Assembly: GCA_965207065.1 (NCBI GenBank)
Contig: OZ242260.1
Coordinates: 4,412,867 to 4,476,866, forward strand
DNA: 64,000 nt
Origin: a bacterium
Lineage (GTDB): Bacteria; UBA8248
Direction of reading: 5' to 3'
Shown here in pieces: positions 29,661-39,725 of this stretch. The notes beneath the pieces were generated by a model. The model was given only the letters and a program-made list of their open reading frames with translations, had not been told where the DNA came from and did no database searches. Both the position numbers and the translations under genes were made by a program. The number at the start of each line of letters is the position of its first letter. The first letter of the stretch is position 1.

Positions 29661-29966
29661 CTATGCGGGGTGATAACGCTTCACGTTTATCTCGCCCGCC
29701 CGCACCCGCATGCGCGAGGCGTCGCACCAGGCCTGCATCCGCAACAACATGTCCATTCTTACGCCGAAAGCCTGCTCGATACGCAGCGCCATCTCCGGCG
29801 ACAGCGACGCGTTGCCGTTCAGCAGGGCCGAAAGCGTCGCCCGGCGAACGCCGAGAATCTCAGCGCTCCTCGTCACGCTCAAGCCCAGTGTTTCGAGCAC
29901 CTCCGTGCGTATGAACCTCCCGGGATGCGACGGGGTCATGCGCACCTCGATACCGTCTCTCGCCAT
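29661..29966 (-). CDS. higA: HigA family antitoxin
   Basis: PSHPGRFIR...LGVRRATLSALLNG...SPEMALRIE. Confidence 0.85.
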   Translation of the reverse strand: MARDGIEVRMTPSHPGRFIRTEVLETLGLSVTRSAEILGVRRATLSALLNGNASLSPEMALRIEQAFGVRMDMLLRMQAWCDASRMRVRAGEINVKRYHPA

Positions 29967-30256
29967 CAGTGGTAATCCTCCAGATTGAGATGGTCCATGC
30001 GGCCGTCTTCTTCGGAAAAGGTGATTCGCCAGTTGCCGGACACCGCAACGCTCCACACGCCCCGACGCGCTCCCCCAAGCCGGTGGATGCGCCAGCCGGG
30101 AGGCGCTTCGGCGATGAAACCCTCCATGTCTTCGGCAAGAATCAGCGCCGTCATGATGTTTCGCGCCCTGTCCACCAAGTCCTGACGCAGGAATCGAGAA
30201 GAATCATTTTCAAGCAGGCGACGCAGTCCCCGATGACGAACAGAGCGAATGATCAT
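29966..30256 (-). CDS. higB: HigB (plasmid-killer RelE-like) toxin
   Basis: IRSVRHRGL...PGWRIHRL...WSVAVSGNWRITF...LEDYH; lies directly upstream of higA. Confidence 0.85.
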   Translation of the reverse strand: MIIRSVRHRGLRRLLENDSSRFLRQDLVDRARNIMTALILAEDMEGFIAEAPPGWRIHRLGGARRGVWSVAVSGNWRITFSEEDGRMDHLNLEDYH

Positions 30257-30447
30257 GTATCCATATGTACGGCAACGCCGTTCGGATTGCAACCGGGATG
30301 CCCGGTTTCCGCATCTTCCCCTTCCTCCCGAATGAAGGCGCCTGAACTCCAGACGCCGCCCCGCTCGGGAGCGGCCACCGCCATCGTCCGGACCTTGCCG
30401 GGAAGCGATGAGGGAGCATCGGCGCCCTCCGACCGGGGAATCGCTCT

Positions 30448-30636
30448 TTATTCCGCCATGCGCCTGAGCCCCGTGAGCGGCCGGATCCGGACCGTCCGCG
30501 AGGCGGGCTTCGCGGGCACGCCGATCTCCTCGCCGCTGAAGGGCAGGATCATCCGGCGCGCCTTTCTCGCCGGCTTTCGCGCGACTTCGATCTTCAAAAG
30601 GCCCGGAAGCGTGAAGAAGCCCACGGCGCGTCTTTT
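30448..30636 (-). pseudogene. 3' fragment of HU-like gene (duplicate of 31748-31936)
   Basis: 30293-30636 is near-identical to 31593-31936. Confidence 0.85.
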
Positions 30637-30702
30637 AGTATCGCCGACGACATATTGGAGGATGGCTGGAGGCGGGCTCTCGGCTCAGAACACGCCCCGT
30701 AG
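30637..30702 (+). pseudogene. Duplicated 3' tip of the second integrase
   Basis: AGTATCGCCGACGACATATTGGAGG...CAGAACACGCCCCGTAG matches 21971-22036. Confidence 0.8.
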
Positions 30703-30772
30703 CGGCGCGGGCCGTAAGCAGGTCTTATCGTGACGACGCGCGACCGAACACACCGGCGCCTTCGGCCCCCGT

Positions 30773-31102
30773 TCAATCGCGGTCGTCATGCCCGGCGATG
30801 CCCGCGAGCTCGACCGGAGGGCGGTCGGGGAAGCGGGCGACGAGCGAGAGGCTTCCGCCCATCGCCTCGACCGTCCGGCGCAGCGTGGACAGCAGCAGGT
30901 CGCTGCGCTGCTCGAGCCGCGAAACCGCGTCCTGGCCGATGCCGAGCTCGCGCGCGACGCTCACCTGGGTGAGCCTGCGGGCCTCGCGCAACTCGCGCAG
31001 CGTCATCTCCTCGGCGATCAGTTCCGCCGCCCGCTCCTCGATCCTGCGCCGCCGCTCGGGGTCGAGTTCCGCCATCATGTCGTCAAGGCTCACGCTCATC
31101 AC
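30773..31102 (-). CDS. XRE/HTH antitoxin (paralog of 22177-22503)
   Basis: Near-identical core sequence to the first copy. Confidence 0.85.
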   Translation of the reverse strand: MMSVSLDDMMAELDPERRRRIEERAAELIAEEMTLRELREARRLTQVSVARELGIGQDAVSRLEQRSDLLLSTLRRTVEAMGGSLSLVARFPDRPPVELAGIAGHDDRD

Positions 31103-31464
31103 GATCCTCCTTCATCGGCGAGTCTGGCAAGGTGCCGGTCGAATCGTTCGTCGGCCTTGCGGATAAGCGCGCGGTAGAACCGCCGCCGGCTCCTGCCCGA
31201 CTTCTCGCCCGCAACCAGCACGACGGCCTGCCTCGCGGTATCGAACGCGAAGGCGACCCGCCATGCGCCGTCCACTGCGCCGAACCGCATCTCCTTCATG
31301 TTCGCATGCCGCGATCCGTTCAGCGTATCCACCTGCGGCCTGCCCATTTGCGGCCCGAACTACTCGAGCAAGCGACCGATTGCGTAGACCTCATCCTGCA
31401 CCTCGCCGGGCAGACTGCGAAACTCCGGCACGAACTCCTCATGGAATGCGACCTGCCATTTCAT
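31099..31464 (-). pseudogene. RelE/ParE (Gp49-like) toxin with in-frame TAG at codon 35
   Basis: MKWQVAFHEEFVPEF...GRLLE*FGPQ; TAG at 31360-31362 where the other copy has CAG. Confidence 0.8.
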
Positions 31465-31747
31465 GGTGATAGAATGGCGCTACCGGGATATGAAGTCAAG
31501 GACATATCCTCTCCTCGCTCCAAGTCGGCCCGCCGGGTTCGGTGAGAGACGCTGCCGAGCGCGTCGACCGCGCTTCGCGCCTGCGACGCGGGCCGGGATA
31601 CCCGGTTTCCGAATCTTCCCCTTCCTCCCGAATGAAGGCGCCTGAACCCCGGGCGCCGCCCCGCACGGGAGCGGCCACCGCCATCGTCCGGACCTTGCCG
31701 GGAAGCGATGAGGGAGTACCGCCGCCCTCCGGCCGGGGATTCGCTCT

Positions 31748-32089
31748 CTATTCCGCCATGCGCCTGAGCCCCGTGAGCGGCCGGATCCGGACCGTCCGCG
31801 AGGCGGGCTTCGCGGGCACGCCGATCTCCTCGCCGCTGAAGGGCAGGATCATCCGGCGCGCCTTTCTCGCCGGCTTGCGCGTGACTTCGATCTTCAAAAG
31901 GCCCGGTAGCGTGAAGAAGCCCACAGCGCGTCTTTTGAGGTGACGCGCGATGAGAGTTCCGAGTTCATCGAGCACCAGGGCCACGTCTTTTTTGTGAAGC
32001 CCCGTCGAATCGGACAGCGCACCCACCAGTTCGGATTTTTTCATCGCCGCCCGTAGCGCCGTTTCCTTTCGTTTCGCCTGTTTCGCCAT
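31748..32089 (-). CDS. HU/IHF family DNA-binding protein
   Basis: MKKSELVGALSDSTGLHKKDV...FTLPGLLKIEV...PFSGEEIGVPAKPASRTVRIRPL. Confidence 0.85.
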   Translation of the reverse strand: MAKQAKRKETALRAAMKKSELVGALSDSTGLHKKDVALVLDELGTLIARHLKRRAVGFFTLPGLLKIEVTRKPARKARRMILPFSGEEIGVPAKPASRTVRIRPLTGLRRMAE

Positions 32090-32420
32090 CCCGCGTCTCC
32101 TCTCGATGTTTTCGCCGGCTTCTCCCCGGAGGGTTCGTATCACGCGCCTACGAGCCGCGCCGCCGGACCCGTTGAATTTCTTTTTTTCGGTGAACGGATT
32201 CCACCGATCATACCCGGTTCCCCGGCGCCGGACAACGCCGCCCGCGCCGGTCGAAACCGCCGAAACCTCCCCGATGAGGCCGTGCCGAGTCGCCGTTATC
32301 CCGCCGCCCGCCGGCGAGAGGTGGAGGCCGGGGAGAGAAGCCCGGGGCCGAGGGTGCGGGAGCGAGAGAGAGTCCGCCGCGCCCCTCCGCCATCGACCCA
32401 CGACCCGGGAGGAAACACAC

Positions 32421-32759
32421 ATGAAGAATCGAAAACCATCCGCTGCGGCGCACTTGATCGTCCTCGCAGGCCCCGCTCTCGCGCTGCTCTTCACCCTTAT
32501 CGCCATAAGCGGCGGGAGGGGCGTCCGCTTCATCTCCGGCGCCTGGCTCCTCGCCGCGCTCTGGGTGTTCCTCACAGCGCTCTCGGGCGCCCTGTGGCAG
32601 GCATACCGCAGCGACCGGTCCGCCTACACCCTTCCCGAGAGGAACGAAGAGCAATTCGACTGGGAAACCCGGACGGGGCGTTACTCCTGGCGAAGGGATT
32701 ACGAGGAAGGCGGGCTGTACGACGACGATTATCCCTTCGGTCACGGCCCCATCGCCTGA
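32421..32759 (+). CDS. Small hypothetical membrane protein
   Basis: RBS GGAGG, two hydrophobic segments, acidic tail. Confidence 0.55.
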   Translation: MKNRKPSAAAHLIVLAGPALALLFTLIAISGGRGVRFISGAWLLAALWVFLTALSGALWQAYRSDRSAYTLPERNEEQFDWETRTGRYSWRRDYEEGGLYDDDYPFGHGPIA

Positions 32760-33146
32760 GTGCCGGGAGGCTTCGCTCTCTCCCGCTCACGCGGGCATGT
32801 GATCCATATTCCGGTGTCTCCCCCCAATTTTTCGTCGCGGCGTCCGGTCCTCTTCACGGACGCCCATATTACCCGAAATCAATCCGCGTGCAAGGAAATT
32901 TTGTAGCGGATTTCCTGCGCCTTGCCGCCGTACGCGCTCACGACCACCATCCCCCGCGCCGGGGTTTGACAAAAAAATACGCTAAGACAGGCGGCATCCC
33001 TCTTTTCCTCCACAGGCGCGCCCCGCCCCGCCGAGAGACAGAGCCGGGCCGGGAGGGGGCGGCGGAAGGGGTCCGGGAGGGAGGCTCTCCCTCTCCGGTC
33101 AGTACCGGTCGCCGCCATCATCCACCCATTCCAAGGAGGCCGCGCG

Positions 33147-33449
33147 ATGCGGAAACCAAAACCACCGGCAAACACCTTCCTCACCCATCTCCTGGGCCCT
33201 GGCCTGGCCGACGAGCGATACGAAGTAAAACGCTATAAAGCCACGGGAGAGGGCGACATCAGGCCCGCGCCCTCTCCTGAGAGCGGGAAGCGCGGAAGAA
33301 AACGCGTGACGGCCTCGCGCCGTGTTGTAAGGGAGATGCGTCCCGCCCGGGACGAGCTCATCATTTGTACGGGGATCAAAATCCCCGGCAGCGGCCTGCA
33401 GCTGTGGGGCGAGCACCTCGTCTGGGGACGGATGATGAGCCGGGGATGA
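33147..33449 (+). CDS. Hypothetical protein or gene remnant
   Basis: RBS AAGGAGG; its C-terminal ~33 aa recur at 57043-57143. Confidence 0.4.
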   Translation: MRKPKPPANTFLTHLLGPGLADERYEVKRYKATGEGDIRPAPSPESGKRGRKRVTASRRVVREMRPARDELIICTGIKIPGSGLQLWGEHLVWGRMMSRG

Positions 33450-33467
33450 GCCCGCAAGACGTCTGGC

Positions 33468-34838
33468 CGTATGTGGACGACCCCGTAAATGCAAGCATGT
33501 CAGTTGAACGATTCGGGGTCCGTGGTCAGGCGCAGTCGTATGTCCGACCTCTTGGTGCGGCATATAACTTGCCGCGGGTCTGTATGGAGATGCGCGGATC
33601 GGGTCCTAATCGGCCCATCGAGCTCAAGAGCTCTCGGCCAGACCCTGGTTTTCCGATCCTGTCTCATTGACCATTTTCCCTTACCCGTCCTCCGACCTGC
33701 TCACATTCCCGGATAATCCAATTGTCCGCCGCTCAGGCGACCGGCGCCGGTTCCTGGTAGACTTCTTTCTTCGTCATCAGCGCCCAGGCGATGCGCGCCA
33801 TTCGATTCGCCAGCGCCACCGCGACCAGCATCCGTGGCTTGCGCGCCAGCATCCGGGCCAGCCATGAACCCGCCGGCGCACCGCGCCGGACCGCGCTGCG
33901 CACCACCGCCATGGCCCCTATGATCAACAGCCGTCTGATGTCGCGCTGTCCCATCTTCGACACTTTGCCCAGTCGGGACTTGCCTCCGCTCGAGTGCTGT
34001 CTGGGCACGAGGCCGAGCCAGGCGGAGAAGTCCCGTCCGCGCTTGAAGCTTTCCAAAGGCGGCGCGAAGGCCAGTATCGCCGACGCGGTGATCGGGCCGA
34101 TTCCCGGGATGCTCATCAGACGCCTCGCCTCCGCATCCGCGTAAGCGCCCGCGTGGAGTTGCCTCTCCAACTCCCTGATCTTCTCGTTGAGTTCGGCAAT
34201 TTGATCGAGCAGAACCCCGCCCAACTCGCGGACCACCGCCGGCAACTCCGTAACCGGGTCTCCAAGAGCCGCCGCCAGGCGAGAGATATTCACCAGTCCC
34301 TGCGGAGCGATGACCCCGAACTCCGCGAAGTGACCGCGCAACGCATTGGCAGTCTGCGTGCGCTGGCGAACCAGGAGATCGCGCGTGCGGAACATCATCC
34401 CCTGGGCCTGCTGCGCTTCGCTCTTCACCGCCACGAAGCGCATGGTCGGGCGCGAGGCGGCCTCGCAGATCGCCTCCGCGTCCGCCGCGTCGTTCTTCTG
34501 ACGCTTGAGGTAAGGCTTCACGTAGACCGGTGGCATGAGCTTCACCTCGTGGCCGATCTTGCCGATCTCGCGGCCCCAGTAGTGCGCGCTCGCGCACGCC
34601 TCCATCGCAATCAGGCAACGCGGCTGCGAAGACAGAAAACCCGGTACTTTCCCCCGGCTCAGTTTCTTGCGAAACGCGACCGAACCGTCCGGACGCGCGC
34701 CATGGAGCTGAAAACCATGTTTCGCCAGGTCGATGCCGATGATGTGAACCTGTTCCATGGGATACTCCTTCCAGGCGATTTAGAGACGCTACCTCGCCAC
34801 AGTGTGATACCTGCCAGGAGGGGTCGTCCACCCCATCG
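33468..34838 (-). mobile_element. IS110 family insertion sequence, IS1111 subgroup
   Basis: 12-bp sub-terminal inverted repeats GTGGACGACCCC (33473-33484) and GGGGTCGTCCAC (34820-34831); ~250-bp non-coding region downstream of the transposase. Confidence 0.85.
33733..34758 (-). CDS. IS110 family transposase (DEDD recombinase)
   Basis: IGIDLAK, MEAC, KNDAADA, SIPGIG, WLGLVPRQHSSGGK. Confidence 0.95.
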   Translation of the reverse strand: MEQVHIIGIDLAKHGFQLHGARPDGSVAFRKKLSRGKVPGFLSSQPRCLIAMEACASAHYWGREIGKIGHEVKLMPPVYVKPYLKRQKNDAADAEAICEAASRPTMRFVAVKSEAQQAQGMMFRTRDLLVRQRTQTANALRGHFAEFGVIAPQGLVNISRLAAALGDPVTELPAVVRELGGVLLDQIAELNEKIRELERQLHAGAYADAEARRLMSIPGIGPITASAILAFAPPLESFKRGRDFSAWLGLVPRQHSSGGKSRLGKVSKMGQRDIRRLLIIGAMAVVRSAVRRGAPAGSWLARMLARKPRMLVAVALANRMARIAWALMTKKEVYQEPAPVA

Positions 34839-34884
34839 GCCCACTGCCGGCCGTACGACTTCACCGACACATGAGGAAAATCCC

Positions 34885-35694
34885 ATGCCTCACAAGGATC
34901 CGGAAACCAAGCGCAAGTACGAGCGCGAACACCACAGGCGGAGGACGGCCGAACGCCGCGCGCGGGGGGCTTGTGTAAAGTGCGGTGAACATCCTCCTGC
35001 GCCCGAGAGAACTCTCTGCGAATCCTGCCTCGGAAAAGCCCGGGACGCCGAACGCGCCAGATACGCCAAAGCCCGGGAAGAGGGTTTCCCATATGGCGGG
35101 AGAGACCCCGAAAGCCGCCGCCGCATGGCGCGGGAGAGGGCGAGAAAACGCAGGCGCGAGCGTCTCGAGGCCGGGCTCTGCACGGCTTGCGGCGAACGGG
35201 AACCCGCCGGGGACGCAGCCGTCTGCGAGGATTGCCGACAGGCAAGACGCGTTGCGGAAAAAAAGCTTTATGACAAAAGGCGCGCCTCCGGGCGCTGCGG
35301 TCGTTGCGGAGGCGCCGTAATCGATAAGGCTTCGACGTGCGCTTCGTGCGCCGCAAGGGATTCAAAACGCCGTCCGCGAAAGAACGCCGCGAGCCGGAAA
35401 CGCTATCACGAGAGACGGGCACGGTCGCTTTGTGTGGACTGCTCATCCGAAACCAACGGAGCATCGAGGTGCGCTTCCTGCGCCTTGCGCTCCTGGCACT
35501 CCTCGGGCGTGCACAGGGGGATGCCGGTCTTTCCGGCGCGGTTCACCATAGTCGAATTGTCCACGGGTGTGGAACACGGGCCACTCGACTCCTGGGAGGA
35601 GGTGGCCATGTGCCTCGCCTTCAAGAGGCTCTCCCGCCATGAGGTGGAGGTGGTCGAGGATGCGCCCGTGATTTCCGGGCTCGCCGGTTGGTGA
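34885..35694 (+). CDS. Basic hypothetical protein with four CxxC...CxxC zinc-finger-like repeats
   Basis: CVKC/CESC, CTAC/CEDC, CGRC/CASC, CVDC/CASC separated by Arg-rich helices; RBS GAGGA. Confidence 0.7.
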   Translation: MPHKDPETKRKYEREHHRRRTAERRARGACVKCGEHPPAPERTLCESCLGKARDAERARYAKAREEGFPYGGRDPESRRRMARERARKRRRERLEAGLCTACGEREPAGDAAVCEDCRQARRVAEKKLYDKRRASGRCGRCGGAVIDKASTCASCAARDSKRRPRKNAASRKRYHERRARSLCVDCSSETNGASRCASCALRSWHSSGVHRGMPVFPARFTIVELSTGVEHGPLDSWEEVAMCLAFKRLSRHEVEVVEDAPVISGLAGW

Positions 35695-35854
35695 GCGTCT
35701 GAGCCGGCCCGGCGCGGGTACGTACCGCCGGCGGGCCGACGACGGAGGAGGGGGAGGGTTCGACGCCGCCCTGCTACGCAGCCGGCCCGTCGTCAGTAGT
35801 CAGGCGCCCGATGGGGCCTTAGCGCCCGGCGCGGAAGGACCCGCGGGCCCTCCC

Positions 35855-36247
35855 TCACTTCGGGCGCCGTAATGACGGAGCGAATTTCAGGCGCGGGGGG
35901 GGGAGCCACCACGTCAAAACCCAGACGGGAAGGCAGGCTGCGAGCGCCTGAACGCCCACGGGGAGCGGACCGAAGAGACCCCCCGCCGAGGCTGCGCCGA
36001 GGGCCAACCACGCCATCAGGGCGGGACCCGGATAGCCCGAGCGATTCAAACGCCGGCATGTGAGCGCAAGCGGCAGTCCGAACGGAGCAGCCAGCAGCAA
36101 CTCCAGAGTGGCCAGCGGCGTATTCACACTCTCCACGGAGCCCGTGCGCAGGACCTCGCCCGCAATCATCCCCCCCGGCAGCCACACGAGCGCAGCCATC
36201 CGGAACCCGAGTCTCGCGATGCGTTTTTTCCCTCTTCGTTCGTCCAT
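35855..36247 (-). CDS. Hypothetical membrane protein
   Basis: Several hydrophobic segments; RBS GAGG upstream. Confidence 0.5.
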   Translation of the reverse strand: MDERRGKKRIARLGFRMAALVWLPGGMIAGEVLRTGSVESVNTPLATLELLLAAPFGLPLALTCRRLNRSGYPGPALMAWLALGAASAGGLFGPLPVGVQALAACLPVWVLTWWLPPPRLKFAPSLRRPK

Positions 36248-36431
36248 GCCTCATCCGACACGAATCCGGTGTCCGGCGCAAGTCCCGACACAGTCCGCGA
36301 GTGATCCCCGCCGGGTGAGGACCTCCTCTCGAGAGTGAGAGCGAAGCCGGGAGCCGGGCAAACGCCCGGAGGGGAGAGGGAGACGGTCTCCAGATCCCGC
36401 CGCCGGGGACAACCCAAGAGGAGGCACGGCC

Positions 36432-36566
36432 ATGTACGAGAACGACTACGACGTCGACGTTCCCACCGCGGACGAACTGCTCGCAGAACTCGGACTCGAC
36501 GCGTACACGATCCGCAAGCTGCGAGACGAGGCGAAAGGCGAGGCGGAGGTGTTCTGTAGCGTCTAG
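36432..36566 (+). CDS. Small acidic hypothetical protein (44 aa)
   Basis: Strong RBS GAGGAGG; MYENDYDVDVPTADELLAELGLDAY...; below the ORF-track cutoff. Confidence 0.5.
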   Translation: MYENDYDVDVPTADELLAELGLDAYTIRKLRDEAKGEAEVFCSV

Positions 36567-36643
36567 GGCGAACCGAGGGCGGGGAGAGAGGATTTCCGGC
36601 TCCTCGACTTTATCATCCACACCACACTTCAAGGAGTATCAAA

Positions 36644-37084
36644 ATGGCATTCGGACTCAACAGAGCGGAACTGATCGGGCGTCTCGGCGCCGACGTCACC
36701 ATCAACCATCTCGCAAGCGGCGGGCGCGTCGCCAATCTCTCGATCGCCACCGACGAGGGTTATGTCGACAAGCAGTCGGGCGACCGGGTGGAGAAGACGG
36801 AGTGGCATAGGATCGTGACCTTCCAGCCCGGGCTGGTGGACATGTTCGAGCGGCACGCGAAAAAAGGCCGCCTGGTCTACGTCGCGGGCAAGCTCCAGAC
36901 CCGCCGCTGGAAGAAGGACGAGGAGGATTCGGACCGGTTCTCGACCGAGATCCTCATCGCCCCCGGCGGGCGGGTGCAGTTCCTGGAAAAGATGAACGGA
37001 AATGGCAACGGCAACGGCTCGCACCCCGAGACGGCCGATGTGGCGGCGACCGCGGGCGTAGCCGGGCAGGAGATTCCATTCTGA
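36644..37084 (+). CDS. ssb: Single-stranded DNA-binding protein
   Basis: LNRAELIGRLGAD, TEWHRIV, VAGKLQTRRW, C-terminal EIPF. Confidence 0.92.
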   Translation: MAFGLNRAELIGRLGADVTINHLASGGRVANLSIATDEGYVDKQSGDRVEKTEWHRIVTFQPGLVDMFERHAKKGRLVYVAGKLQTRRWKKDEEDSDRFSTEILIAPGGRVQFLEKMNGNGNGNGSHPETADVAATAGVAGQEIPF

Positions 37085-37091
37085 GTACCCC

Positions 37092-37125
37092 GGGGGTCGG
37101 CGCCACGCGCTGGCCCCCTTTTTTT
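37092..37125 (+). terminator. Rho-independent terminator after ssb
   Basis: GGGGGTCGGCGC-CAC-GCGCTGGCCCCC followed by a T run. Confidence 0.75.
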
Positions 37126-37679
37126 ACTCCAGATCCCGAGGAGGCCCATTATACCCCGAACACCCTCTCCCGCGTCTTTCCCTCCCTGCCGGCTTCTTTC
37201 GTCTACCGGGAACTCCTGAAGAATCTCCGGTTCCGTGAACGGTAAACCGTGTTCACGGAAGATCGGCTTGCGCCTGCAATAATCACGTATTCAAGACAGT
37301 GGCTCAGTCCACCCCCCGCTGCGGGAATTCCGGGCCGAACAACGGCCCGAAATGACCCTCTCCGCAGCATGAGGGATTGTTTCCCGATGAGCTTCGCCTT
37401 CATCGTGAAACACCAGAGGCTCTTGTGTCCCGGTGGCGAATCAACTGTCTCTCTCTTAGCGTCCTCATTTTAGCACGCACGGCGCGGGGTCAAGGGTGCT
37501 TTTGCAAATAACGCAAAAGCATCTTTTTTTCAGAAAAAATCGGTGAAGCATGGATTTTTTCCGCTGCGCGCCCTCCGGGTGAAAAAAAGACTGAAAACCG
37601 CCCCTGACGCCCACGCCTGACACGTGCTGAAAATGGGGCGCTAAGAAGCGCATCCGTTAACTCTCTGGAGGAGAAAGGC

Positions 37680-38051
37680 ATGGAAACCACCGTGGTGAAC
37701 CTGAACACATATGTCGATGAACCCGGCAGCGGCCTGCTGGTGAGGATCGACCGCATGACGAAGTGGGGAAATCCCTTCCGGGTCGGTACCGACGGCGACA
37801 GAGAAGCCGTCATCGAGAAATACCGGCGTTGGCTGTGGGGAAAAATTCAGCGCGAGGAGCTGGACCTCCACGAACTCGCCGACCTCCAGGGCTGCGAGCT
37901 CGGCTGCCACTGCCGGCCCCTCCCGTGCCACGGCGACGTCCTCGCGCGCGCCGCCGAGTGGGCAGCCGGGTATCTCGACGAGATGCCCAGGGAAGTGGGA
38001 CGCAACGAGCGTGGCTACGCTCTTCCCGAATTCAACCATCCCCTCGCTTGA
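37680..38051 (+). CDS. DUF4326-like protein
   Basis: IDRMTKWGNPF...YRRWL...LGCHCRPLPCHGDVL. Confidence 0.8.
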   Translation: METTVVNLNTYVDEPGSGLLVRIDRMTKWGNPFRVGTDGDREAVIEKYRRWLWGKIQREELDLHELADLQGCELGCHCRPLPCHGDVLARAAEWAAGYLDEMPREVGRNERGYALPEFNHPLA

Positions 38052-38072
38052 GGACTACCAAAGGAGTGAACG

Positions 38073-39026
38073 ATGACCGCTACACACGACCACAAGGAGA
38101 GCACCATGTTCGAGAACGATCACAACGATGCCCAGCATGAATCCTTCACCGCCATGGTCTGCGAGCAGGCCGCCCTGTTCGGCGCGACTCCGGGGCCGGA
38201 TGAGTTCGACAACCGCCCCGTGTGGGACGAAGCAGAGGCGACCGCCGCCGTCATCAAGGCCTTCGGCGCACTCGCCGAAGCCGCACCCGACGGAACGCAA
38301 CTCGCGGATGAGCGAAGAAACCTTCTCTGGGGCTTCGTCAACACCCTGAACGCCCAGGTACAGCGCCTCGACCGCGCCGCCGACAAGCTCATCCCCGGGG
38401 TCCGTGAACTGCAGCGCGAGCAGGACGGCTCCGAGATCCGCTCCCGCGAACTCGAACTCATGACCGACCGCGCACAGAACCTGAATGACCGGCGCGATGC
38501 GTTCGAGGGGCTGCGCGACACGGCCGCAGAGGCCTACCGCATCGAGACCGGCGAGGTATGGCGGCCCAGGCGAGGTTCCCACGTCAGCCAGACCGGCAAG
38601 CTCACCTCCGCCGTCATCGAGGCGCGCGACTTCCAGCGCGCCAGAAAGGACCGCGAGAACACGGCTCATCTTCCCCAGGGAACCCTCGTCGCCGTCGCGG
38701 GCGGCAAGGAGGCGAGCGACGCAGGCAAAATCATCGGCCACCTCGACAAGGTCAAGGCCAAGTACGCCGACGTCGTCCTCGTCCACGGCGGCGGCCCCGG
38801 TGCTGAGAAGATTGCGGCGGGATGGGCCGAGCGAAACGGCGTCCACCAGGTTGTCTGCAAGCCGGATTGGGACGCACACGGTCGGGCCGCTCCCTTCAGG
38901 CGCAACGACGAGCTCTTAGCCCTCCTCCCCAAGGGCGTGGTCGCGTTCCCCGGTTCGGGCATCACGGACAACCTCGTCGACAAGGCAAAAACCCTCGGCA
39001 TCCCCGTCCAGAAAATCGTCGCCTGA
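38073..39026 (+). CDS. DUF2493-type (SLOG-like) protein of mobilisable elements
   Basis: C-terminal VAVAGG...LVHGGGPGAE...AAPFRRND...FPGSG. Confidence 0.75.
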   Translation: MTATHDHKESTMFENDHNDAQHESFTAMVCEQAALFGATPGPDEFDNRPVWDEAEATAAVIKAFGALAEAAPDGTQLADERRNLLWGFVNTLNAQVQRLDRAADKLIPGVRELQREQDGSEIRSRELELMTDRAQNLNDRRDAFEGLRDTAAEAYRIETGEVWRPRRGSHVSQTGKLTSAVIEARDFQRARKDRENTAHLPQGTLVAVAGGKEASDAGKIIGHLDKVKAKYADVVLVHGGGPGAEKIAAGWAERNGVHQVVCKPDWDAHGRAAPFRRNDELLALLPKGVVAFPGSGITDNLVDKAKTLGIPVQKIVA

Positions 39027-39725
39027 TGCGGGCGCTCAACGGGTCGCGTCGTCGCCGCCCGACGGCGCGGCTCGTTGCGTCCCGTCGACCAACGCTCGCG
39101 CCACTTGCGCCGGCAACGATGAAGACTGCACTGGTCTTGCCGCAGGAACAACTCCCCGCATTGCTCCTCCCGCTCAATCGCCGCGACGGCTCCCGCTCGC
39201 CTTCTTCTCCGGCTAAGATCCCCCTGTCGCTTGTCCCGCGAATTCGGTGCGCTAGCCGCCCTTCGGCGCTTCGGGTTACACACCGGAACGCAGCGGGCTG
39301 CAGGGTTCCGGCATACGACGACTGGGCTACGATCCCGTCTCCTGTGGACGACACGGGGCGCCAGGCTTATGGCGGATAACATGTATGCTCAGAGCATACA
39401 CAATCTTTCTCATTCCTGACGGCGCATGGCTGCGCATGTTGCGCACGGATACTGGGTCCGTCGCAAATGGTGGCGTTTCGTAACACAATGTGTTACGGTC
39501 CTCATTGCGTTTGTATGCTCCCGATTCCGGCCGTTTCGCGGTGCGCCGGGGTCGCCAACGGGGCGGACGCTCTCTCGCAGATGGCCGCAAGAACCTTGAC
39601 ACGGGATTTTCAATCAAACCCGGATACGCCCGGGTTTTCGCCCCGAACCGAGCCGTTGGAACCCGGCATCTGCGCTCAATGCGGTCCGTATCGCCACCCG
39701 ATCTTGTCCTGAGGAAGAGAAAAAG

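Noticed and set aside
31360-31362. Pyrrolysine or programmed readthrough at the TAG in the toxin
   Set aside because: The paralog has CAG here; a simple nonsense mutation is more parsimonious.
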